The notes beneath the pieces were generated by a model. The model ran no database searches. It was not told the origin of the DNA and saw nothing but the letters and a program-made list of their open reading frames with translations. Of a stretch of 64,000 bases of DNA, positions 1-13,726 are shown piece after piece. The position numbers and the translations under genes were made by a program. The stretch comes from Amphiscolops sp. MND2022 (Eukaryota), in NCBI GenBank assembly GCA_964187785.1, contig OZ076409.1, positions 54,562,001 through 54,626,000 of the forward strand, read 5' to 3'. Position 1 is the first letter of the stretch, and each line of letters opens with the position of its first letter.

Positions 1-203
1 GACTACGTTATAAAGATAAATTCGACAAAATCTGCCACGTGTTTTCAACTAAGTGGTTTTGAGTCAAATGACTTTAAGCCAAGTGACCAATACCCGAGAC
101 ACTTAGCTTAAAAAAATTAAGCCAAGTGACCAATTGTATTAGGCCAAATGACTTTAAGCCAAATGGCATTAAGCCAAGTGACCAATTACCTTTCAGAATT
201 GCT

Positions 204-2206
204 ATGGTGACCGCGGAGGAGTTGAGCATTTACTTTGAGATTACAATCCCGAGTTCACTTCGGATGAATCAGAGGAATCGAATGACGAGAGATGCCAACC
301 TTGTGAAATTCAATTGGAGGACCCACAGCCGTTGAGAGATATACAAAACGGAGATGCAGGTCATTTCGCCTAATGCCATTTCGCCTAAAAATTTAGTTGA
401 GTCATTTCGCCTAAAAAAATTAGGCGAAATGACCAAACGGGAATAACGTCTAAATAATCATGTTTCGAAAAAGGCTTTCTGAAAGCGAAAATATCAAAAT
501 GTGGGGCATATGCGGTGTATGCACACTCGCCCTCACCGTCGCAAAGACCAGCTCCCACTACGATCGCTTCGCGATCTCCGTTCCCGCTAGGTCTTTGCTC
601 CTGTTCGACCTCGCTTAGCAAGATGGAACATAAGCGGCCCCAAGGGGCCGCGGGGCACTAGAAGGAATGGGACATATCCGAGGCACGTTTTCTATTTTAT
701 ATCACTTTTTAGTTTTAGATCTTAAACGATTTATTTGTTTTCCAATTTCATGTGTTTTTCACGTTTCTGAAAAAAAATTAGGCGAAGTGACCAAAGTAAA
801 AGACGTTTCGCCTAAAAAAATTAGGCGAAGTGACCAAACACGTTAGGCGAAATGACTTTAGGCGAAATGGCATTAGGCGAAATGACCATTTCCCCAAAAC
901 GGAGAGATTACATTTGAGCTCTTGAAAAACGGATCAACGCGTGGGAGCGATTTGTTGCAATCGTCAGATGGACATGAATTTAATTGCATGCGCTGTCGAA
1001 ACGGCAAACCATATTTTCGATGCACTTCTCGGAAGACTGGTTGTGGTGTTTGTGTTTTGTTCAAGAATGGGATATACACGGGTAATGCCAAGATTCACAA
1101 TCATGCCTCTAGCAATGGGAAAAGGAAGAAGCGAATGCTGTACGCACCCGGTAAAGCAAAGGGAAAAGAAAATTTATTTTCATCTGCCAGTTCAATCGCA
1201 CAGTTGTTACTTGTGCAAGAATATAAAAATTCATCACATCCCGACAAACCATCGGTCAATGCCATATCTAATGCAATTATTCATGCACGAAAATCCTTAC
1301 GCCCCGACGATTCAGTTGATCTGGAGTTTGAAATAGACGAAACGCTTCAACAATTTCTAAAGGCTGATATTAGGATGCAATAACGTCGCCATTTGATTTT
1401 TGCAACCGATAAACAATTGGAATATCTTGAAAAGGCAAAGATTTATTACGTTGACGCAACTTTAAGAATAGTTAAACCTCCTTTCACTAAACTGTGGAGT
1501 ATTCATGCGTACATTGAATATGGAACAACCATGAAGCAAGTCCCTTTATCATTCGTCCTTATGTCAGGAAAAAGCAAAGCGGATTATGTTGTTGTTTTGC
1601 GAACTTTTTAAAAAATTGTTCCATCAGTGGCTCCTGAGCGGTTCGTCATTGACTTCGAAGCTGCAATGTGGCTGGCCGCACGTGAAGTATTTGACGTTGA
1701 CATTAAAGGGTGTGCTTTTCATCATACACAAGCCGTTATGAGATGGATTCAGAAAATTGGTTTGTCCACACGGTACTTATCGGATGAAGGCCCCTACATT
1801 ATCTGTCGCAAACTAATGTCCTTAATTTATCTGCCACTTGCGGCTGTTCAAGCAGAAAATGATCAGTTATGTTGTCATGTCCCCGAAGACGACAAAGAGT
1901 TGTTGAACCTGTTTGATTATTACAAAACTACCTGATTGTTACATGGCATATGGCGAATGAAAGATGTGAATATGTTTGGCTGTCCTATACGCACCAACAA
2001 TGATGTAGAAGCATTTCACCATCAGCTAAATTCCCCTGCTGGAAGGAATAACTTGCAGTTTTACTTACTACTGCAAATTTTACAGGAGAGAGCTGAGATG
2101 GTTCCCTTAACAGCCTCACTTGTTCGTCGAGCATGTATCTATAAATTTCAACGAGCCTCCACAAAGTCATTCCAAGCCCATATCATTTCTCTCTGGGAGT
2201 CTTACT
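204..2206 (+). pseudogene. Degenerate Mutator/MULE transposase with N-terminal FLYWCH-like zinc finger, 3'-truncated
   Basis: Consecutive ORFs 922-2379 give YFRC...C...HNH (FLYWCH-like), YYVDATL, QVPLSFVLM, VIDFEAA, GCAFHHTQA and RTNNDVEAFH (MULE DDE motifs). Broken by stops and frameshifts, interrupted by the MITE at 353-894 and cut at 2207. Confidence 0.85.
353..894. mobile_element. MULE-type MITE inserted in the MULE transposase gene; carries shared core A
   Basis: TIRs ggtcatttcgcctaatgccatttcgcctaaa / tttaggcgaaatggcattaggcgaaatgacc. Flanking direct repeat caaaacgga at 344-352 and 895-903 (extendable to 11 bp, so ends are +/-2). Confidence 0.85.
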
Positions 2207-2207
2207 C

Positions 2208-2551
2208 GGGTCAGGGACAATTCGTCACCAGCCATTTGGGCGACAATATGGCGTCGGTCACATGGGCGACAAAAGTGTCGACCAAATGGGTTGATCAAAT
2301 TGATCAATTAACTGATATATTTAAAGAGGTTAGCTTATTTGTTGTATGGCTCTGTCGCTTCGTTCTCTTCGCCAATTAGCAACATTGAGGCATGGCCATA
2401 TGGCACGTCTCTCCGCTTCGCTTCGCTCCTGTGTTTATGGCACTAAGGGTATGTGAACATATTTGACGGGACATTTGGGCGACATTATTGTCGCCGTAAT
2501 GGGCAGAAATTTTTGTCGCCCAAATTGCTGGTGACGAAATGTCCCTGACCC
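2208..2551. mobile_element. MITE carrying shared core B, at the MULE/LINE junction
   Basis: TIR gggtcagggacaattcgtcaccagc / gctggtgacgaaatgtccctgaccc; no clean TSD. Confidence 0.8.
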
Positions 2552-2552
2552 G

Positions 2553-4515
2553 TCTGTTGCGACCAGCATTTTGGAACACCTGTACCACGGTCTTTTCAAT
2601 ATTCACAGAAATATCATTGTCATCACAATACAGTGATAGTTTGTTAATTCCGTTTTGGAGCTTCTGTGGGTCCTTTGAGCCTAATGCGAGGTCGTCGGCA
2701 TAGAAAGTCACTGTGCAGTGAGCTTTTTCAAGGTAATTGGATAGGTCAGCGATAAAAATAGAGAATAGTAGGGGTGATAATCGGTCACCTTGGGGGACTC
2801 CCCTTGTTTGTTTGATTTTTCTTGTTAATGAGTCGCCCAGTTTTACTTGAATTTGCGTTTCCTTGTAAATGTCACAGAGTACTGCTAAAATCTCGCTGGG
2901 GCATCCAAGTTTAGAGAGTTTCATCATCAATTTCTTCCGACTAACACAATCGAAAGCTTTCTCGAAATCCACGAAACATACATTAAGGGGTATATACTGA
3001 AAATACAAGCTTTTAAATCGTATGTTAGGTCTTTTATTGCGGTTTTAATTGATCTTTGTGGGCGGAAGCCGTGTTGAGAGTCTGGAAGTATGGCAAAATC
3101 TTCACACCAGGTATAAATCCTTCGATAAATAATACTTGTATACATCTTTTGTAGGTTGGACAGTAGGGCAATACCTCTGTAATTATTCGGATCCGTGATG
3201 CTACCTTTGTTTTTGTATAAGGGGCTGATTTGACAGTGTCTCCATTCATCTGGTATCTGGGCTCTAGAGTCAGCATGGTGGACGGAGTTCGCGAGACTTC
3301 ATTTGTAATGCCGTCGATTCCGGGTGCCTTATTGAGTTTCGCATCTGAGATTGCATTACTTCTTCATATTCAGTCATGGGACCAATATTTGAAGTATTCG
3401 GGTTTGCTTGAAATTCCAAGTAGTCATGATTCCCATAGAATTCAGTAGTCAAGGAGTTGTCGTCGCCTTGTTTGGCTTGATATAACTTCTTAAAATGGGC
3501 CTCCCATGCATCTGCAGTCACTTTTGGGGATGGTTCGTGACTTTTTTTGGACTTGATGAATTTCCACAGGAAGTTCCGGTCTTTTATAACATTGTCCAAG
3601 ACACTTTCCGTTTTAATGACGCCATTTTTTGAAGGTCGTTCGAGTTTTTGGAGCTGTCCTATGCCTTTTTTGCTCTGTAACATTCTCTGTCGAACTTTTC
3701 TTTGGTTTTTCTTTTGGGGGCTGTTATCGAGGACCGATAAACTCCATTTGTTAAATGTCCGAGAAAATCATTGGGTGACCAAAGTAAATGTGGCAGGGGG
3801 AGTATTTCATCAAGTTTTTGACTGTCAATTTTCCTATTGGGGGTTTTTGCGATTGACAGAAATTTTATTGGGTGGGCAAGTTGGGTCAAAAAAAATCTTC
3901 GCATGTTTGGTGAAATTACTTTCGATTACTTTCGATTAGTAAATCTCCGATTAGGAGAGGTTTGTTAGAGAAAAGCAGGTCGATCGTGCTGCGGCCATTT
4001 GGTGCACAGTAGGTGTACTTTTGAGGTTCATTTAGGCATTTGAGGTTGAAGCCGTCACATAGTTCGATGAGTTCACCTCCTCGTTTGTGTGCTGAGTCTA
4101 AGCGGCAGTTAAAATCACCGACCATATTGATTATATCATCTCGTGGGATACTGACTAGACAATTTGAGATGCTGTATTGAATATGGTTGAGATTTTATTT
4201 AGTGGGAAGTATATGCAGCAAAGAGATGTGTGTATCTCAGGAAGGGAGATTACGAGAGAGTCAATGGAGGAGTGTCTGGTAATATATTTGGAGCAAAGGT
4301 GAGTTTTGATACAGATTGCCATACCTCTCATTGGGCGACCATGTTGTTGTTTCACTGCTGGGACATCAAATACCAGGAAGTTCGGGATTTCTGGTTTCTG
4401 GATCATGAGTGTTTCACAAAGGAGGGCTATGTCATAATTGTCGAGGTAGTTTGGACCATTCAGTTGAAGGGTTGAGTTTAGTCCTTCTACATTCCAGCTT
4501 AGTACTTCCAGTGGA
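2553..4515 (-). pseudogene. Degenerate non-LTR retrotransposon ORF2 (APE endonuclease + reverse transcriptase), 3'-truncated
   Basis: Minus-strand motifs SWNVEG..CET, VGDFN, STIDL (APE) and QHGFR, FVDFEKAFD, GVPQGDRLSPLLF, FYADD (RT); several frameshifts. Confidence 0.9.
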
Positions 4516-4599
4516 CTTTTCAGTCATGCCGATGATTGAGGGATTTCGACAATACGGTTTGATTTTATCACGTATTGTTGTATCAAACTACATGTTTTC

Positions 4600-6080
4600 C
4601 CTGCTTTCCTGGTTGAAATGAGTACGGTGGCTGACTTAAAGTCTAATTGCCTGAGATATTTCACGAAGATGGACAACAGTGATCTGTCGTCTAAAAGTGA
4701 CAAGAGTCTTAAAGTGACAAGATTTTGAAGAAACAGGGCACAGGACTGTCAATTCCAACTGTTCTTATAAGAACACAGCATGAAAACAGTACTCCAAGGT
4801 CGAACCAAGGGACGTTGGATTTTATGCATTGCAGGAAATCGGAAAACATTTACGGTTGGATTGAGTGGGTCTGCATGGACTTGAAGGTTTTTGCGTTTGT
4901 CGAAAACGAACTGACAAGAAAGTATTCGTGTCTGGAGAAAATAACTGTTATAACTTTGGAAAAACACATGCACTAACTGACAAACAAAGTTGAGAAAGAC
5001 ATTGCTCGAGAACCACCTGACAAATTCGCTCTAATGATCTATGGTTGGACCAGTGGAAGCACGCACTTGTTGGGTGTAGTGGCATGTTACACATCACATG
5101 ATCAAGACTTTGAAACAGCTCTATTGGTTTTCTCTCCGCTTTTGGACGAGACTTCACAATGTTAATCAGAATAGTTTGACTTCCCTATGCTGACGTTATT
5201 AAAATTCGGTAAGATCCTTGCTGAAAATGTCATCGCCCTGATTGCTGACAATAGCGAGAAAAACAAAGCTCTTGTGGATTTGTGTGAGGTTCCGTTGATT
5301 GGATGTAGTTCTGTAGTTGAAGAGGTTGACAGTCACGATGTAGCTGATTTTGCGTCTGCAGCGCTGGCTAAACGACTGAAGCAAGCCCCTCTGTTGAAGT
5401 ACGTATCACGCAAGTTCCTGTTACCAACGGTGGGGTATTTCTGGATTGGAATTTTGTGTAAACGAAAAGCAAGATCGAAAATGGATCGAAAGTTTTGAGA
5501 TCGAATTATTCCGTTTTTGCAAGGTTTTTGCTCCAGCAAAGCGTTTAAAACAATTTTAGGTACTTTTCTCTACCAAATACGGGGTCATATATGGTGTATG
5601 CACTATCGCCCTCGCTGTCGCAAAGACCAGCTCCCACTACGATCGCTTCGCGATCTCCGTTCTCGCTAGGTCTTTGCTCCTGTTCGACCTCGCTCAGCAC
5701 GATGGGAACATAAGCGGCTCCACGGGGCCGCGAGGCACAGAGGAATTGGGGGCGTATCCGACGTCCAAAAACATTGTTGTTTGAAAACGCGAAATCGCTA
5801 ATTGTTTGAAAACCTTGATTCGATCTCACTATTGTTGACTTTTTTATTTCGATTTCAGTGACAGTATGCATCTTCGCGCAAATTCATTCGATCCAAACGC
5901 CCACCGCCGTTACCAACATCGAGTGTTTTGGAACGTTTCTCCAATTCAGCAGAATACGTTACCATGAATTGCGCCAAAATCTACTTCCAATGAGGCTTGA
6001 GCAGCAACTTTTCTTGAAGTTCAATTAGAAACAATGGGATTTGTCCACTGTTAACGATTTGGTTAATCGGAGTGAATGAT
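4600..6080 (+). pseudogene. Highly decayed, internally deleted hAT-like transposase
   Basis: NIYGWIEWV..FAFVENELTRKY, GWTSGSTH, LIADN, and C-terminal LLPTSSV..FS..LLPMRLE..LFLK..W resembling the hAT dimerisation region. Boundaries approximate. Confidence 0.55.
5429..5908. mobile_element. MULE-type MITE inserted in the hAT remnant; carries shared core A
   Basis: 9-bp TSD gttaccaac (5420-5428, 5909-5917); imperfect termini ggtgggg...cccaccgcc. Confidence 0.8.
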
Positions 6081-8616
6081 TTGATCTTGAATTGTTGGCT
6101 TTTGTATTTTCATTTTCACTAATTTACCCTAATTGTTGTGATACACTTATTAAATAGAGATGGCAATGATTTGAATTTGAGAATGGACAACATCTCTGAC
6201 GCTGTTTTGTTGGTTTGTCGCTGCACTTGGGCTGAAAGAACCATCACAACCAGGTGAGATATTTCCATTTTAATTTCATTTTATCAATTCGAGGTTTTTT
6301 CGTACACGGATTGCTTCACTGCTGTTGCGATTGTTTTTTTGGGGAAGTTGGCACACACCCAAATGTGGTATTCCTGCATTTGGTTAGGTTTCGAGGTTGA
6401 GTTGTGATGAAAACAACGAAACCTGCAACGCTCTGAAGTGTCTGAAGCCCTCAGGGTTGATAGACTGGGTAAATTGTAGGCTTTGCAACGGTAGGTTGAT
6501 ATAAAATGAGCCAATTGATCAAAAATGGAGGCCCGGGGTTTTGCCGAACTTAATTGTTGTAGATGCCCTTTAGTGAACACAATCCCTCAGTATCACTATG
6601 ATAACTTTAGACAAGACACCTTTTTTAATTCAAGCGTTGTCCACTTGAAAAGAGTTCCTAAAAATTCACGGACCCCTCTAGTTGAAAACCTGATACCTAA
6701 AATTATTGATTTTTGTGAAACCCCAACAAATATTGCCTTGTGGTTCATATTGCTCTCCTCTCTAATCTGTTTTTTGGAAAAATCAGCCCGAGGAGGTAAA
6801 CGTCAGAGGTCATCACTCAGTGCAATAGTCAACAAGCATATTCGGCATGGTGTTATTGAGAAAAGACCGAAACGCGACAGAAAACCGCAGCAGAAAAGCG
6901 AGTTAGATCGACAACTGCTTTCCATTTGCACCAAATTAGACGAAGGTAATGTTAAGGGCGGAATCAGAATGGTGGTAGGCAACGACAAGATTGCAGATTT
7001 CACAGTCGACAACTACGCGGCCCTCAAGCTGAAACATCCGCAAAGGGAAACTTGCTCTGTTACGGACCCCACATATATCGATGGCTTTTCAACCTCGAAG
7101 TCTTTTGTCCACAAGGCTCTCATGTCCTTCCCCAATGGCTCTAATGCAGGGTTGGATGGCATTACGCCCCCAGTTTCGAAAGATTCGACTGCCATGTCTA
7201 ACAGGCAAACTAGACTGAATTTTCTCAGAGCCTTAACAAATCTCGTGAATGTGATTCTCGAAAGAAAAGTACCTTTCGAACTTCGGCCGTACTTCTTTGG
7301 TGCAAAATTAATTTACTTCGTCCTATCGCTGTGGGCAATAATTTCCGCCGGTTATCCGCAAAATGCATCGGATACCATGTCTTCGAATCACGTCCGGCAA
7401 GATACGGAAGCCGACAAGTATGTGTAGGCATCAAAAGGGGCGCTGAAATGGCCTCACTTGTTTTCCGTTGTTTGATAGAAAGCCCCCAGCCCAAAGAAAA
7501 CGTAATTTTGAAAATTGATTTTGAAAACGCTTTCAATTTGAATAACCGACAATTCATGCTAGGGAAAACTTTTCAAATACACCCTGAATGTTAGAAGTAC
7601 TCACACGGGGCGTACAGTCAACCAAGTTTTTTTTTCTTCGCTGATTCAAGAATCAAATCGTGTGATGGGACCAAGCAAGGAGATCCTGAGTCTCCAGTTT
7701 TACTTTCGGATTCCGTTCAATTTCTAATTGACAGTTTGGAGTCGAAAATAAACCTATGGTACGTTGACGATAGAAACTTAAGTGATGATTACAGAACCGT
7801 TTTGAAAGATCTCAAAAAATTGTTGTAGTGGAAAAAACGCTGGGTTTCAAACTAAACCAACGAAATGCGAAATATTTTTCCTAAGTGACATCACTGAAAA
7901 ACGACGATCGACAATTTTAGCATCTTTCCAAAAACTTTGCCAAAATCAAAACACCAAAGAAAGATGAACTTATCATTCTTGGTTCACCGCTCGGCCCGAA
8001 ATCACAAGCAGACTTATTGGAAAAGAAAATCAAAGAACTGGAAAAAGTTAACGGAATAGTTGAAATGCTAGATTCACCCTATGGGTTTTATGTTGAAAAA
8101 TTGCTTCAGTCTGCCAAATTGTTGTACTTCCTGTGAACCAGTACATGTTTTAATCACCCAGCTCTCTTGGAAAAATATGACAAAACCGTACGCGACGAGC
8201 TTTCCAAAGTGTGTAACGTGAACTTCGACGATATTTCGAGTACTCAACTGGCTCTGCCCAATGAAAAGGGTAGTCTTGGTGTGTCATCGGCATCATTATT
8301 AGCACTTCCCGCTTTTTTGGCCTCAGCTTTTGGTGCGAGTGACTTTCTCACGACAGTTTTCTCGGAAACATTCAAAGATGTTTCGTTTACAGAAGCGCTT
8401 TAGAAATGGTTGAGTTTGACGAGTGAACAGGAAAGGCCAATCGATGGAACACAGAAAAATTGGACACAACCTGTCTACATCAAAACCGCCCAATATTTGA
8501 TTTCTAGAATGGATGACAAACGTTCAAAAGTTTTCAACGCTCATCAAGGCAAACTCGGGTGTCAATGGCTGAACGTCTTTCCCTGTAAGAATCTAGGCCT
8601 GAAACCTAATGGTCAG

Positions 8617-11600
8617 TGATGTGCATACTGATTTATGCCTTTACTATATATTGCTGTAATTGACATATGTTTTTTTAGATGTCGATGTCCCTTTGATATG
8701 TACTTTGATATTTGCCGTCTAGTGAAAACTAGTTTTTATAGAAAAGCGTTTTGATCTGCGAGAAAAACGACATTTGGTGTCCAGACCGGGATACGTTTCA
8801 AGGTTAGTATGCTTAAATTTATTGCTGCCCAATTCTTTGTTCAACTCAATTGAAGAACTTCAAATCAGTTTGCGTAAACAACTACGAGAACTCGTCCAAG
8901 CCGGTCCCGGTTTCAGCCTGAACCCAGAGTCCGTGAAAAAGTCAAAAGACGTTTACAACGGGCTAAAGTCCGAAGAACTGAAAAATACGAGAATAATCCT
9001 GTGGCACGATCTGATTAACAATACTATCACACCCCACAAAAGTAGTTAACTATCAACCGTAAAATGTAAATCAGCTTGTGGCTTCATTGAGAGGTCTCAC
9101 AAACTTATGGACATAGTGTTTTGTCAACGTACAGGGTCCCCAAATAACTTTGAAGACCTGAGAACAATGGACTGCCCAATCATCCAAGTCACGACAGATA
9201 ATTTGAGCAAGTCAGAGCAGCGCAGTGAAGTACTCGTCGAGAAATACAAAGCCTTACATCAATCCAGCGATTTCGAACTCAGATCCCTAGGAGTAGTCCT
9301 ACAATATTATCCGAACCTGAGGAAGATCTTGAAAACAGGAGGCACCAAGCGAAGAACTCATGAGCAACGAAGAGAAGCTAAGAGAAAAAGAGAAGACAAC
9401 TAAAGGTGAGCTTTTAGCGTCTCGGACTCAGAGTCGCTGTTGTTACCTCTTTATAGCTTCTCAAATTAAAGGTGAGCTTTTACAGTCTGGGACTCAAAGC
9501 CCCGTTAGTAATTCTTAGCCATTAGGACTCAAATAGTTCGAATCATGTTTTTCCAAGTCATCACCAAAATCAATAGATAAATCGGAATTGAACCTCAAGG
9601 AACCCGATCAAGCACTGATGTGGGTCAAGGCGCAAGCGCTGGTTGAAAAGAAAAGGGACATCGACGCAACACCTGGAACTAGTGAACAGCCAGCTGTCGC
9701 TGCCATAGCAAATGATTATCGGGTGACTGATTTCTTCATGAGCCAATGAGGCCTCGAAGCGTTGATGAGGCTCAGTAGCCTCGTCGCGCCCAGAAACATT
9801 GAAGACATGAAATTCATAGACATTTGTAAGGATCTCATAAATTACTTGAAGTCACAAAAGAGACTGGTGCTTGCAGAACGCACTGGCTTTCTTCAGATGT
9901 CTCAAGGTCGAGAAGATACAGAAACCGACTACCTTGCTAGGCTCCAAGAGGCTGCGCGTTATTTTAAGTTTGTCGATCTGAAAGCTTCTCCGGATCCTGA
10001 AGCTGAAATGATTCGATCACAATTCATCGCCGGACTACGAGACAACGAATCAAAGATCAAGTTGCTTGAAGCACTCAGAGCAAACGACAACTTGACTGTG
10101 GAAGTACTGCTTCAGCTTATTCAATATAGAAATCAGGTCAAGAGATTTGCTGAGAGCTCAGTTCATCAGTCAACTTCAAGTGTAGTTGCGTATGCAGAAA
10201 AACGTGGCCCCAATAATAAAAATGATCTGAGTCGCCGTCAGAAGCCAGAGCAGTGTGGACGATGTGGACGAAACCCATTCCACCTACTTTATGAGTGCCC
10301 TGATAAGCATGAAAAGTGCCACAATTGTCCGAAGCAAGGACACTATTCTAGAATGTGCAAAGCTAAAAGACAAGAAGCCTCGCGAACGGAAGGGAAAACT
10401 TATCGAAAATCAAATGCATCAGTGCACCATACTTGTGAAGAATAAGAATTCGAAGATCCCGCCTCATCTGAGGAAACTATGTATTGTGTACAACAAATCG
10501 CAACTGGAGAAGAAATAAGTCAGATTGGAAGCAAAGCTGAATTTCATGACATCAAGATAAATGGTCCTGACGTTCGAATGCAGAGTGACCATTATCTCAA
10601 CAAAAATTTGGCGGGAAATTGGCTCTCCAACCTTGAGCACTAGCCCTCGATGTATTGAAGCATATGATGGACACAGAATGCTTTTTCTTGGTCATCTAAA
10701 TTGTGAAATCCCATGGGAAAAGAAAATTCATAGCGTTGATGTTGCAGTTAACGAGCCTGAGAAAGAATTCGGATTGATCGGCAGAGACGTGACCTCTGTT
10801 GATCACATTCACAACGTGTCTCTGTTTGATGTGAAAGTCTTGCTTGCAGTTAAAGGAGTTAAAGCCATTATCAAACTGAAGCCTGACGCAAAACCTGTAT
10901 TTTGTCGCGCTAGGAAAGTTCTACTTGCCATGGAAGACCAGGTCAAGATTGAATTGGCGAAACTTCAGGCACGAGGAATCATTGCTCCAGTCAATCCAGG
11001 AGGTGCCATGAATGCTTCGCCAGTCGTGTGGCAAAGGAAGAAAGACGGATCTTTTCGGCTTTGTGCCGACTTCAAAATTCATGTAAACGATAAGATCATG
11101 ACTGAAGACTACCCTCTTCCCGACATGGAAACATTATTTCACGGGCTGGTAGGATCAAAGTATTACATCAAGATTGACTTATCACCTGCTTATTACCAAA
11201 TAATGCTGGATGATGCAGCGCAAGAAATTTGTGTCTTTAACACAACGCTGGGTCTCTTAAAGTTACTCAGACCACCTCAAGGAATGAAAAACGCATCCGG
11301 AATGTTCCAGCGAACAATCGAGAACACTTTCAAAGGATTGGCTGGAACTATCTGTTTCCAGGACAACGTACTGGTACACGAAAGAACAAAAAGTCAATGT
11401 GAGCAGCGTTGGAGGGCAGTTCAGGATCGCCTGAAAGAAAAGGGGTTCACCATAAACGAAATCAAGTACGGAAAGGTCATGGAGAAAATCTTTTTTCTCG
11501 GTTTCACATTTTCAGGAAGCGGGATTGAGCCCGATGATCGCCTTGTCAATAAAGTCCGGAAGACCCATCCTCCTCAAAGTGTTAAGGAAGGCGAACAATT

Positions 11601-13072
11601 TTGTGGCTTGGTCAATTTCTACGGCCGATTCATCTCAATCTTCACGTCGAAAATTGCCCCAATATCCGATTTGAGGAAAAAGTCGGAGGCTGAGTTCCAG
11701 TGGACCGACAAATGTCAACGTGCATTCGAAAGGCTGAAGTCTGAGCTAGCATCGAAATCTGTTGTTCAGCCCTATTCTCCGAAAACGAAAGTATCTGGCT
11801 TCCTCACAGTCGAGAACGGGCTGCTATACAACGAAACTAGATCTTACATTCCACCAAGAATGCTAAACATCGTAATTGAACCAGCCCACTGGTATTCAGG
11901 CGACTAAGAACATGGTGAATTATATGTCTTGGTGGCCTGGGGTCGGAAAAAAAATTGAAAAATGCATAGGTGCCTGCTCTTAATGTGCAAAAATCCGACC
12001 TCGAACTGAGAAATTGATCGATACTTGGCCAGATGCACAACCATGGGAGAGACTACCCATGGATTGGGGTGATATCCAAGAAGTAGGTCTTGTTCTTATT
12101 ATTGTCGGCGCTGGTTCTGGTTGGATAGAAGCGTTCATATGCGGCGATCGGCTCACGGAAAAGTCATTCTTTGTCTGTCCGCCATGTTTGGGAGATTTGG
12201 GGTCCCGCACACTTTATTTTCCGACAATGCAAAGGAATTTATCACCGACAAAGATGTCACGTGGTTACCGGAGCAAGGCTGTACCAAATTAGAGAGTCCA
12301 ATCTACAACCCAAGGAGTAATGGACTTGCCGAATGAGCTGTGCAGACTGTAAAGAAAGAAATGAGGGCATGGAACTCGTCTCTTCGTGTCAGTTTCCATG
12401 CATTTCTGCAGCTAGTCCTGTTCACACACCGTAACACTTCTTCCGTGAGAGGGAAGACTCCCTCAGAAGTACTGCTTGGAAGGAAAATGCGACTCCCTGC
12501 TGTCATCAATTGTCCCATCGGAGAGCATGTAGTTTTTCGTGTTGGACCTCACGCTGCGTCTTTTCCTGCGAGGTATGTTGTTCGGAAGGGCAATAATACA
12601 ACATGGCTCACTAAGGAAGATTCAGACGGGTCCGAGAGAACAATTCTAGCAAGTACTAGCCAAATTGCTCCCTTTACCTGTCCAACCACCTTTGCCCCTG
12701 ATCTAGTGACGGCTAGATCAACTACAGATGGTACTACGACCACGGGAGTGGCGGAACAAACTTCGACATGCGCTACTAGTAGAGACTCGTTTTTGGTTGC
12801 AAAGTCTTGTACTACTCCAGAGGTCCCGATTAGGAGGTCTGCACGAGTCAGGAAACCGAACCCAAGATTCAACGACTTCATTTGCAAGTAGCCGTGAGAA
12901 CTCTTGGAAAGGGGATGATGTGTATACTGATTTATGCCTTTATTATATATTTCTGTAATCGACATATGTTTTATTTTGATCTCGATGTCCCTTTGATATG
13001 TGCTTTGATATTTGCCGTGTAGTGAATACTAGCTTTTTTAGAAAAGCGTTTTGATCTGCGAGAAACACGACA
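8617..13072 (+). mobile_element. Gypsy (Mag-like) LTR retrotransposon, degenerate, RNase H region deleted
   Basis: LTRs 8617-8772 and 12916-13072 (TG..CA, roughly 9% diverged by eye); 5-bp TSD gtcag/atcag; PBS-like tggtgtccagaccgggat; PPT ggaaagggga. Gag with two CCHC knuckles (9762-10445), RT (FRLCADF, KIDL..AYYQ, FQDN), integrase (FGVP..LFSDN, PRSNGLAE). Confidence 0.92.
8809..9403 (+). pseudogene. Extra ORF between PBS and gag, SGNH/GDSL-esterase-like, disrupted
   Basis: Joined reading MLKFIAA/NSLF...AGPGFSL...IILWHDLINN...YKALHQS has the order and spacing of SGNH blocks; frameshifts and a stop at 9047-9049. Confidence 0.45.
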
Positions 13073-13726
13073 ATCAGTAACATCGGATTCCAATTGGTTT
13101 ACGTCTCGGAGCCAACATTTGCGTTGCGCATACGTGCCACTGTGGTGAAAGAGTTGAACGGGACGGTTTACACGGTCTTTCTTGCACCAAGAGTGTTGGT
13201 CACTTCCCACGTCATGCTACTCTCAATTCTCTCATAAAGCAGACGTTGGTATCTCTCTACTTGCCTTCAATGCTTGAACCCAGGGTTTTCAAGCCAAGCT
13301 CAAGCTTCCAAGCTCAAGCCCAAGCTTCTGCCGTTCAAGCTCAAGCTCAAGCTTTTTTTAAATTTCAAGTCAAGCTCAAAGGCAAGCCCAGAAATTTTTA
13401 ACCCAATTCAAGCTCAAAATCAAGCCTAGAATTTCTCATTGCCAAAAAAGTTATTCGTCCTTCTGCTGACAATGCATATTCATTTGTAAATTTATTCGAC
13501 TTATGTAGCTCTTAGTTATTATATGTTACTCTAAAACTTTGAAACTATATGTTACTTTGGACAAATGTATTTTTTGTTTTAGGTAAATAATGGACGAAAA
13601 TCGTCTTGATTGCGTGGAAGTTGAAGGTACATCCATAGTGAACTCAGTTAAGGACATTATGGAGTGGAGGAAAAATTGTTGGAAGTTGGAGTTTCTATTA
13701 ACTCAAGAAGCCAATGACTTTGACGT

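Noticed and set aside
385..621. Recurrent ORF SEVEQEQRPSGNGDREAIVVGAGLCD (also at 5545 and 14094) as a protein family
   Set aside because: It is the translation of palindromic core A; starts and ends differ between copies, and there is no evidence of coding.
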